A stretch of 64,000 nucleotides of DNA from Solirubrobacterales bacterium (GTDB lineage Bacteria; Actinomycetota; Thermoleophilia; Solirubrobacterales; 70-9), in contig DASTNW010000063.1 in the NCBI GenBank assembly GCA_035762685.1, positions 1,732 through 65,731 on the forward strand, in the 5' to 3' direction. This document shows positions 47,741 through 54,771 of the stretch, piece by piece. The position numbers and the translations under genes were made by a program. The first letter of the stretch is position 1; every line of letters starts with the position of its first letter. The notes under the pieces are model-generated. The model made no database searches. It worked only from the letters and a program-made list of their open reading frames with translations, and had not been told where the DNA came from.

Positions 47741-47803
47741 CTCCGCAACCCTAGCTTCCGCTCGCGCCGACGGTAAACCGCCACCGCTACCATCCCCGTC
47801 CCC

Positions 47804-47877
47804 GCCGGAGTAGCTCAGCTGGTTAGAGCAGCGGAATCATAATCCGCGTGTCGGGGGTTCGAGTCCCTCCTCCGGCA
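47804..47877 (+). tRNA. tRNA with CAU anticodon (elongator Met; Ile2/lysidine type not excluded)
   Basis: Folds by hand into a 74-nt cloverleaf. Acceptor GCCGGAG/CTCCGGC. D arm GCTC-AGCTGGTTA-GAGC. Anticodon arm GCGGA-ATCATAA-TCCGC. T arm GGGGG-TTCGAGT-CCCTC. Discriminator A. CCA not encoded. Confidence 0.9.
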
Positions 47878-47879
47878 TC
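47834..47879 (+). repeat. attL-like core (3' part of the functional tRNA)
   Basis: GAATCATAATCCGCGTGTCGGGGGTTCGAGTCCCTCCTCCGGCATC. Repeated at 53411-53456 with one mismatch. Confidence 0.75.
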
Positions 47880-48028
47880 CGGATTCCCCTTTGCAGAGCC
47901 AATTCTCGGGGCCATCCGCCCGCTCCGCAGGTTTATACGGAAAATCCGCAAGTCGCGTGTCCTAGCCAGGCCGAAATCCCCATCGCAGAGCCAAATGTTT
48001 GTGAAGCACGCCTCAGCATCTTATTTTC

Positions 48029-48058
48029 GGTGGACCGAACGGTGGACCGAGTTCGGCC
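48029..48058 (+). repeat. tandem GGTGGACCGA motif near the left island end
   Basis: GGTGGACCGAAC GGTGGACCGA GTTCGGCC, with 12-nt periodicity. A related copy lies at 53309-53346. Confidence 0.5.
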
Positions 48059-48299
48059 CGAATTGATCTGTCAGCAGCGTGCCTCGTCACCGGAGTTGAC
48101 CAGCGCTCCAGGGCAGGATCTGCGTCCAAACAACGGAACCGGCGACCTTCGGGGTATGAATTCCCTGGCGCGGGGTGAACAGGCCTGTTTTGGCTTGTCA
48201 AGCGGTCTGAGTTGGTCCGAGCTGGACCCCTTTTCGCTCAACTTAGTACCCACTTAGTACGCGCTCCCCGGCCGTCGAGGTTGGCGGGATCGGCCGCCG

Positions 48300-49427
48300 C
48301 TAGACGCGCCAGCGCTCCGCGATGGTCTCGTCGGCGACGAAGACCTGCCGAAACTCGGCGTCCTCGATCGCCCGGCGAACTGCGGCGCGGAGAACATCTT
48401 GAAGCAGGGCGACCTTGGCGAGGGCGTTCCGCTCATCGCTGCTCTGCGGACCTTCCTGCTCCTCCTCCGCTGAAGTGTCGGCGCCGGCGCCCTCACCGAC
48501 GAAAAGTTGCACGTGGGAACCGTGGACCCAATCGGAGCGACCATTGTAGAGCCGTTCGGCGAGGTCTTCGTCAAGGCCGTCGATCCCGATCTCGGCGGCT
48601 AGGGCTGGGACGCGCTTCTTGAACTGCTGGGTCAAGTCGCGGCGGCCGATCTTCAGCAGCGCCTCGATCCCGCCGACCAAGATCGGCAGCACCATGTCGG
48701 CCCAGCGGATACGAGGCGCATAGGCCATCCTCCACATTGCCCGCCTGACGCGGGGCGGCAGCTGCTCGCGGCACTCCCAATAGGCCCCCAGGAGAACGGC
48801 GAGTTCACGTCCCTCGGCGGCGTCGAGCCACTCGCGGTCGCGGTGCAGCCGCCAGATCGCCTTATCCTCGCGGTGGAGCACGTACACGATGCAGCGCTGG
48901 CCGTCCTCGTAGTCGAGCAGCCGCGCCGCGTACTCGGTCGAGTAGCCGTTATCGCGGACGAGGCGGCTGAGGGTGAGCGCATCGTCCAAGGTGCCGTCGG
49001 TGTCCCAGGCGTAATGATGCTCGTCCAGCTCGTCGAGCGGAACCTCCTTGACAAAGGAGTACCGCTGGCCGAACTGGCGCACCGGCAGGAAGTAGTGGCC
49101 GCGCGGCGTGCAGGCGTTCATCACGAGCTCGGCGGTGTCCCGGTCGAGTTCTTCGACCACAATGCCGCAGCCGAGATCGATCGCGTTGACGGTCTCACCG
49201 AAGCGCTCGTCGTCCACACCGGGGTGGCGATCCCATCCGATCGGTGGGTGAGCGTAGACCTCCTCGATCAGCACGTTGAGGGATGGGTCTCCGGCGCAGA
49301 GGATGAGGTCGCGCACCCTTACGATGGCGCCTGCGTTGAGCGGCCCGGCGCTGAACCGATCCTCTAACTCCGCGCTGAGCTGATCCGCCACGGAGGCATC
49401 CTCGCGCCCGGCGGAGACAGAAGGCAA
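48300..49427 (-). CDS. unknown protein with C-terminal HEPN-like core (ORF375)
   Basis: TTG start 5 nt after the ORF582 stop. Helix GGIEALL (E255), then LYNGRSDWVHG (R297/H302), then the amphipathic helix ALAKVALLQDVLRAAVRRAI. The N-terminal ~220 aa are unassignable. Confidence 0.6.
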   Translation of the reverse strand: MPSVSAGREDASVADQLSAELEDRFSAGPLNAGAIVRVRDLILCAGDPSLNVLIEEVYAHPPIGWDRHPGVDDERFGETVNAIDLGCGIVVEELDRDTAELVMNACTPRGHYFLPVRQFGQRYSFVKEVPLDELDEHHYAWDTDGTLDDALTLSRLVRDNGYSTEYAARLLDYEDGQRCIVYVLHREDKAIWRLHRDREWLDAAEGRELAVLLGAYWECREQLPPRVRRAMWRMAYAPRIRWADMVLPILVGGIEALLKIGRRDLTQQFKKRVPALAAEIGIDGLDEDLAERLYNGRSDWVHGSHVQLFVGEGAGADTSAEEEQEGPQSSDERNALAKVALLQDVLRAAVRRAIEDAEFRQVFVADETIAERWRV

Positions 49428-49432
49428 TGCGC

Positions 49433-51181
49433 TCAGTCCTGCGCCGCCGCAGGCTTCTCCTCGGCGTCAGGGCCAAGCTGCAGGGCTAAGGTGCGCAGGT
49501 CGATGTCGACGTCCTCTCCCGCTTGGACTCGGGCCTCCCAGGCAAGTAGCTCAGCGTTCCCGGGGAGCTCCTCGACGGCGTTCGCGGCGAGAAATTGAGC
49601 TTCCATGGCATCGCCGGTGGCCGCAAGCTGGACGGCGCCTGCTGCCTGCAGCGCCGCGTCGACGGAAGGGGGCATTCTCAGGTGGCGCTTTTTGGATCGT
49701 TCCTCTCGCCTCTCGGCGGCGAGGTCTGCCCACTGTTGGGACGTCCAGTCTGGCGCCTCGCCCAAGAGGATCGAGACGACGAACGACTGGATCGAGGGTT
49801 CTTCGAGCAGGCGGCCGTAATCCGAGATCAGCTGGATCGCCAATGGTCTAATCGCGTCGATGGGTCCGATCTGATTCCAGAGCGCGTAGATGGCGAGCAT
49901 CGAGCGCTTTGCCTCATCGTCAGAGGTGCCTGGAAGCAGCCGCTCAATCTCCTCCCGCACCTCTGCTAGATCGTTCACCCCGTCAGAGCGACCAGCCATG
50001 GCGTCGACCAGGCAATCGACACAGCCCGCGAAATATCTGCCTGCACTATTTGAGTTGAATCCACGAGCGTTCCAGATCCAATACTGGGGTGCCGCCTGCA
50101 TTTGGAGAACGCCTGGCAGGGCGGCGCGCCAATTGAAATCACCATCGACCCCGACCGGTGCACGGAAAACGTAGGCCTCCACGACGTGGCGGGCTAGGCG
50201 CGCAAGACCCTGCAGCGAGATCATCGTCCCGAACTCCAGGGATGCGACGGTGTCCGCCCTCTCCCCCAGCACCATGACCTCGGCAGGAAGCTCCTCGAGC
50301 GCGTGGACGCTCCCGGAGCGCACGTCGTAGGCGATCTTCAGTGCACGCTGTAGGTCGGGGCGCCGAAGCGGGAAGCGGCTGCCGCTCGCCTCCTCGCGAA
50401 AGTAAGAAGGACGCAGGTTGTCCTCCACGAAGGCGACGAAGCGGCGCTTCTTGCCAGCGCGCTCAGCCTCCAGAATGGCGTCTCTGATGCGTTTCGCCGC
50501 CTCGGCGTCCACAGCGTCAAGCGTGGGCTCCAGCAGCTTTCGCTTGCGCGAATCGAAATGCTCCCAAGGGATCGGGTCCGCGTCGGTGTCCTCGCTCAGG
50601 GACTCAAGTGCAGCCACGAGGTGGACGTAGGAAACGGTCTGGTCAGCCGTCGCCCACTGAGTCGCGCGGACGATGCGGCGGATTGCCCGCATCGCCGCTT
50701 CGAAATGACCGCGGCGCAGGGAGAGCAAGCGCTCGAAAAAGCGATCGAACTCCGCGATCTCCTCATCCCCGATGTAACGGGCAGGGTCGAAGGTGTTGAG
50801 AAAGATCTTCGAGGCAGCGGAGCGTGAGGAGTCCGAGATCGAGTTGGGGACCAGCCTGCGAACCGTGTCGGAGTCGCGGTGGAAGACGGAGTCAAGTGCG
50901 AACGAGAGGACATCGGCCAAGTCATCGATCAGGTCGACGCCGCCAGTGGCGACGTGGGTGGAGCGCTCACCATTTGGAAGCTCGGCCTCAAGGTGCTCGG
51001 TGACGGTTGCGGTCACAGTCGAGACAGGATCAATGCCGCTCGAGGGTGCCAGTTGTCCAATCGGCAGCTCCAGCGCCGCCTCCCGCAGAAAGTTGCGGTT
51101 CGTATAGAGGACGGTGCGGTGATCGGTTGAGAACAAAGGCACTCCCTCGCGGAAGTACATCTTGGTCACGATCTGCAGCAC
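49433..51181 (-). CDS. unknown protein with central HEPN-like core (ORF582)
   Basis: GTG start. Helices AAMRAIRRIVRA / YVHLVAALESLS (E193), a ~90-aa insert, then IAYDVRSGSVHALEE (R288/H293). Followed by a ~240-aa helical C-terminal extension. Confidence 0.6.
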   Translation of the reverse strand: MLQIVTKMYFREGVPLFSTDHRTVLYTNRNFLREAALELPIGQLAPSSGIDPVSTVTATVTEHLEAELPNGERSTHVATGGVDLIDDLADVLSFALDSVFHRDSDTVRRLVPNSISDSSRSAASKIFLNTFDPARYIGDEEIAEFDRFFERLLSLRRGHFEAAMRAIRRIVRATQWATADQTVSYVHLVAALESLSEDTDADPIPWEHFDSRKRKLLEPTLDAVDAEAAKRIRDAILEAERAGKKRRFVAFVEDNLRPSYFREEASGSRFPLRRPDLQRALKIAYDVRSGSVHALEELPAEVMVLGERADTVASLEFGTMISLQGLARLARHVVEAYVFRAPVGVDGDFNWRAALPGVLQMQAAPQYWIWNARGFNSNSAGRYFAGCVDCLVDAMAGRSDGVNDLAEVREEIERLLPGTSDDEAKRSMLAIYALWNQIGPIDAIRPLAIQLISDYGRLLEEPSIQSFVVSILLGEAPDWTSQQWADLAAERREERSKKRHLRMPPSVDAALQAAGAVQLAATGDAMEAQFLAANAVEELPGNAELLAWEARVQAGEDVDIDLRTLALQLGPDAEEKPAAAQD

Positions 51182-51243
51182 ACCCGTCCTCTCCAGTCCT
51201 TGAACTCCGTCGGGCTTAGCTTGGCAGGCCCGCGCGAGGTGTC

Positions 51244-51471
51244 CTAGTCGAGCAACTGCCGAAGCTCATCCGCGCTGAGATCAGCATCGCGCAAGATGCC
51301 GGCGAGGGTGCCACGACGGAGTTCTCGGTGCAGCGGGACGACGAGCGCGTGCCGGCGCCCGGCCTTCTTCAAGCGGACGTGGCTGCCACGTTGACGGACG
51401 ACTTCCCAGCCCTCCCTGCCAAGTGCCTTGATCAGGCGCTCGCCGGAGACGACCGGCTGGCGCGGGCTCAC
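51244..51471 (-). CDS. hicA: HicA mRNA-interferase toxin
   Basis: GERLIKALGREGWEVVRQRGSHVRLKK...VVPLHRELRRGTLAGILRDA is the HicA signature. 4-nt overlap with hicB. Confidence 0.85.
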   Translation of the reverse strand: MSPRQPVVSGERLIKALGREGWEVVRQRGSHVRLKKAGRRHALVVPLHRELRRGTLAGILRDADLSADELRQLLD

Positions 51472-51692
51472 GCCGGCAAGGGAATCGAGCGACGGATCAC
51501 GCCGCTGTCAAGCGATTCGCCGTCTTCGCGCAGGCCCTCGACATAGAGGGCGACCGCCTCGCTGGCGTTCGCCATCGCGTCGTCGATGTCGTCACCCTGG
51601 GTATGAAGACCGGGAAGGTCGGGCGCGTAGACGTGATAGCCACCCTCGTCCTGGGGCTCGAAGACCAACTCGATTTCTCGTGCATCTGCCAT
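51468..51692 (-). CDS. hicB: HicB antitoxin (minimal, no DNA-binding extension)
   Basis: IELVFEPQDEGGYHVYAPDLPGLHTQGDDIDDAMANASEAVALYVEGL is the HicB N-domain pattern. Only 74 aa. Confidence 0.8.
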   Translation of the reverse strand: MADAREIELVFEPQDEGGYHVYAPDLPGLHTQGDDIDDAMANASEAVALYVEGLREDGESLDSGVIRRSIPLPA

Positions 51693-51749
51693 AGCCGCTC
51701 CCTAGTGTACGCCGGCTCTCAAGCCGCTTGCCTATCTAGAGCATCAAGG
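51693..51749 (-). promoter_or_regulatory. hicB upstream element (copy A of a duplicated promoter/operator/RBS block)
   Basis: Minus-strand reading: CCTTGATG-CT-CTAGATAGGC-hairpin-GGCGTACACTAGGGAGCGGCT-ATG(hicB). The same block order recurs at 53205-53267. Confidence 0.4.
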
Positions 51750-51898
51750 TGACACTTGCAGAGCTGAATCAGCAGTCTAGAGCGGTTGACTCAGGGGTCG
51801 GAGACAAGGACATGTCGTCGCCCCTGTACATGTTGGAACCCGTCAGCCGACCTCGGCTCTGCGAAGCGATCCCCGCCCCGCCTTGGGCCTTCAAGCCG

Positions 51899-53137
51899 TC
51901 AGTCCCATGGGAACTCGATATTCAGCAGGGCATCCCTGTTCCGCTTGTCGGATGGATACGGCTCCACCTCTATCTGTTCGCCGAGCTCCCTCAGCTGCTC
52001 GTTCGCCATGAGGCTCGTCTTGAGATCGGCTATGAGCTCGCCTGCCTGCCCGAATGCTCGTTCCACCGCGTCATAGTCGAGAAGCTCTCCTTCGTGGACG
52101 GCTCGGTTGCGGAGCATGTAGCCATCGCCGAACCATGCGCCCCAGGGACCACCAAGATTCTTGATGTCGATTTCCCGCCCGAGCAGCTCCGGAAGATATT
52201 GCGTCACCTTCTTCTTCAGTGGCGCTTGATTCGCTTCCCATGCAGTCTTTTCGGGCACGCCGGTGATGGCCTGCCCGTAGTAGAGGACGAACCTGATCAA
52301 CAGCTCGACCGCAGTGTTCAGATCGACGAGGGCGCGAGTGTGATCGCCAACCAGCCGCTCGCCCTCCGCCGCGTGGATGAAGCGGAAGACCTCGAGAAAT
52401 GGTTGCCCACCTTCTTTCCCGCCCCCGTGATAGCCGATCGCCTCACGCGCAATGCTGCCGTCGTCATCTAGGTCACCCGCCAGTATCGGGTAGCCGTCGT
52501 GGATCTCGGTGGCGAAGGCGATCATCTCTCGCCGATCCCCCGCCAGCGTCACCGTGTTGTCGACCAGGACCGCGACTTCGGGCGGCACGTCGGCCAGAGT
52601 GAGCGCGCCGATCTCCCAGCGATCGGCGACGAACCCGAGCGGCTCCAACAGCGCGTTCAGGTGGACGAGACCGTCGAACATAATGCCCTGGAGGGCGCCG
52701 ACGGTCAGCTCTCGGCCCGGCGGATGCGCGCTCTGCGGCACGAATCGCGTCAGGGCCACTACTGACTTGACCACCTCGATCGTCGCCTGCCCAGGCTTTG
52801 GCGCGGCGCCCGGGCGGTTGGCCGATTCAGGCGGAATCAGGCCCTGCATCCCCCAATCGCCAAAGGTCGCTTCTATCCGGGACAGAGGCGCCGGCTCGGG
52901 CTCGGTCAGGTGGCGCGCGATCATGGATGTATGGGGCACCGAGTCCGTCGGGATCTCTCCAACCTTGATGCCACCGAGCAGCCCGGCTACATCGGCGTCG
53001 GTCCAGCCGCTCCATTCCTCGTCGCGATCGACGTAGGAGATGTGCATCGTTCCTGACTGCATCGGCAGCGCACGGGTAAGTTCAAGGAAGAAAGTGAAGA
53101 GGGTGACTGGCGCGCGGGGATCGGTGCCGTCAGTCAT
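51899..53137 (-). CDS. unknown protein with C-terminal HEPN-like core (ORF412)
   Basis: Helix LNTAVELLIRFVLYY (E278), then GYMLRNRAVHEGE (R343/H348, the classical R-N-x-x-x-H form), then helix AVERAFGQAGELIADLKTSL. The N-terminal ~260 aa are unassignable. Confidence 0.6.
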   Translation of the reverse strand: MTDGTDPRAPVTLFTFFLELTRALPMQSGTMHISYVDRDEEWSGWTDADVAGLLGGIKVGEIPTDSVPHTSMIARHLTEPEPAPLSRIEATFGDWGMQGLIPPESANRPGAAPKPGQATIEVVKSVVALTRFVPQSAHPPGRELTVGALQGIMFDGLVHLNALLEPLGFVADRWEIGALTLADVPPEVAVLVDNTVTLAGDRREMIAFATEIHDGYPILAGDLDDDGSIAREAIGYHGGGKEGGQPFLEVFRFIHAAEGERLVGDHTRALVDLNTAVELLIRFVLYYGQAITGVPEKTAWEANQAPLKKKVTQYLPELLGREIDIKNLGGPWGAWFGDGYMLRNRAVHEGELLDYDAVERAFGQAGELIADLKTSLMANEQLRELGEQIEVEPYPSDKRNRDALLNIEFPWD

Positions 53138-53204
53138 TGGCTGGCGATCGGTGCGGTTCTTGTCTTCAAGGAGAGCGACGGTCGGCGGATATAGCCCGGC
53201 ACAT

Positions 53205-53267
53205 AAGCGCTTCCCTCTAGCTTACGCCAGCCTTCGGGATGCTGGCCTATCTAGTAGGACATCAAGG
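53205..53267 (-). promoter_or_regulatory. copy B of the duplicated upstream block, ahead of ORF412
   Basis: Minus-strand reading: CCTTGATG-TCCTA-CTAGATAGGC-hairpin-GGCGTAAGCTAGAGGGAAGCGCTT-ATG. This ATG (53204) opens only a 12-codon ORF that ends 28 nt before the ORF412 start. Confidence 0.4.
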
Positions 53268-53308
53268 GCGATGTTCATCGGACTCTCCGGGCCTTCCGCT
53301 TCCGGCGT

Positions 53309-53346
53309 GGTGGACCCGACGGTGGACCGAACGGGGGAGTTCCGGC
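53309..53346 (+). repeat. tandem GGTGGACC(C)GA motif near the right island end
   Basis: GGTGGACCCGAC GGTGGACCGAAC GGGGGAGTTCCGGC, in the same orientation as the left copy. It ends 65 nt before the attR core. Confidence 0.5.
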
Positions 53347-53410
53347 AGAACGGAACGCATCCAGCAGAGCGGGCGAAGGCGGAGAAACCGCATCGCTGCT
53401 CGCTTGGCGC

Positions 53411-53456
53411 GAATCATCATCCGCGTGTCGGGGGTTCGAGTCCCTCCTCCGGCATC
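53411..53456 (+). repeat. attR-like core (displaced partial tRNA 3' end)
   Basis: GAATCATCATCCGCGTGTCGGGGGTTCGAGTCCCTCCTCCGGCATC. It has C instead of A at tRNA position 37 and lacks the tRNA 5' half. Confidence 0.75.
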
Positions 53457-53476
53457 AGGACTCGCGTGATCTGGCG

Positions 53477-54292
53477 TCAGCTGGCGAGAAGATCGCGGAC
53501 CAGGTCGGCCAGCGCCTGCGGCTCCTGGGCCATGAGGGCGTGGCCGCAGCCGGGGAAGGTCTCGACCGTCGCCCCAGGCCAGAGGGTGGCGAGGGCATCG
53601 GCGTTGGCTGGCGGGATCACCTGGTCGAGGTTGCCGTGGGCGATCAGGACGGGCGTGGCGTCGGCGGCGACGGGGCGGGGAGCCGATTCACGGTGCCAGG
53701 CGTCCATCGCCGCCTCCTGGGCACGCAGCGTCTGGGGGGACAGTTCGGACCTTGCCGCGGCGACGAGGTCGCCGAACTGTCGGTCGATGTCCGGCGCCAG
53801 GGCCGGCGGGAAGAGCAGGGAGATCAGCCGCGACGCCTGCTCGCGGTGGGTGCCGGAGTGGTCGGTCAGGCGGGACCAGACCTCCGGCTCGGCGGGAACC
53901 GAAGCGGGACCGCCGGGGTCGGTGGACAGCAGGGCCAGCGCCGCGACCCGAGCGGGCGCACGCGCCGCCAGTCGCTGCGCGACAAAGCCCCCCATCGACC
54001 AGCCGACCAGCGAGACCCGCTCGATCTCCAGGGCATCGAGCAGGGCCTCGAGGTCGGCGGCCATGCCCTCGATCGTCAGCTCCGCTTCGCCGAGCTCGGA
54101 GCCGCCGGTCCCGCGGTTGTCGGGACAGATCACCCGGAACGACCGTGCCAGCCCCTCGAGGAAGGCCGGGTCCCAATCCGCACCGGTCGCCGCGTACCCG
54201 TTCACCAGCAGCAACGGCGGTCCTGCGCCGAGCCGGCGCCAGGCGAGCCGGCGCCCCTCGACCTCGATCGTCTCCACCGGCACGGCTCCCAC
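53477..54292 (-). CDS. alpha/beta hydrolase
   Basis: LLLVNGYAATGADW, PDNRGTGGSE, nucleophile elbow LVGWSMGGFVAQ, and C-terminal GCGHALMAQEP. Confidence 0.85.
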   Translation of the reverse strand: MGAVPVETIEVEGRRLAWRRLGAGPPLLLVNGYAATGADWDPAFLEGLARSFRVICPDNRGTGGSELGEAELTIEGMAADLEALLDALEIERVSLVGWSMGGFVAQRLAARAPARVAALALLSTDPGGPASVPAEPEVWSRLTDHSGTHREQASRLISLLFPPALAPDIDRQFGDLVAAARSELSPQTLRAQEAAMDAWHRESAPRPVAADATPVLIAHGNLDQVIPPANADALATLWPGATVETFPGCGHALMAQEPQALADLVRDLLAS

Positions 54293-54304
54293 GGGCCGAA
54301 CCTA

Positions 54305-54733
54305 CTACGCCCCCGGGCCCACCTCGACCATCAACGTCACCGGACCGTCGTTGACCAAGGCCACGCCCATGCAAGCCCCGAAGACACCCTCCCTGGCCCC
54401 AAGCCGTTCACAGAAGCGGTCGTAGAGAGGCTCGGCGACCTCCGGCCGCGCCGCCTGCACGTAACTGGGCCGGTTGCCCCGGCGGGCGTCGCCGTAGAGC
54501 GTGAACTGGCTGACGCAGAGGATTTCGCGCTCGCCGAGCGGCTCGTTCATCCGCCCCTCGGCGTCGTCGAAGATGCGCAGGGCCCGGACCTTGGCGGCCA
54601 GCCGGTCCGCCTCCTCCTCCCCGTCGCCGACCCCGACCCCCAGCAGGACCAGCATCCCGGGGCCGATCTGGGCCACCCGCTCGCCCTCCACGTCCACCGC
54701 TGCCTGGCTGACCCGCTGGACGAGCGCCCTCAT
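54305..54733 (-). CDS. dtd: D-aminoacyl-tRNA deacylase
   Basis: MRALVQRVSQAAV...LVLLGV...VSQFTLYGD...GNRPSY...GVFGACMGVALVNDGPVT. Confidence 0.92.
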   Translation of the reverse strand: MRALVQRVSQAAVDVEGERVAQIGPGMLVLLGVGVGDGEEEADRLAAKVRALRIFDDAEGRMNEPLGEREILCVSQFTLYGDARRGNRPSYVQAARPEVAEPLYDRFCERLGAREGVFGACMGVALVNDGPVTLMVEVGPGA

Positions 54734-54771
54734 GCGGCGAACCTAACGCAGGGCTGCGTTAACTTGGCCGC

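Larger units (their letters stand above)
47834..53456. mobile_element. tRNA-integrated genomic island without recognisable integrase
   Basis: Bounded by a 46-bp direct repeat of the tRNA 3' part. Interior is visibly more AT-rich. All five ORFs are co-oriented and none is housekeeping. Arm-like repeats lie near both ends. Confidence 0.6.

Noticed and set aside
47848-48253. Short ORFs in the island's left arm (47848-48066 +, 48013-48201 -, 48071-48253 -), examined as possible integrase or excisionase remnants
   Set aside because: The first overlaps the tRNA itself. None shows recombinase or excisionase motifs, and their compositions are Pro/Arg/Ser-rich noise.
53166-53204. The 12-codon ORF in copy B of the duplicated upstream block, considered as a genuine leader peptide gene
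   Set aside because: It is not reported as a CDS. The only support is that its ATG and ribosome-binding site align with those of hicB. It may simply be a vestige of the duplication.
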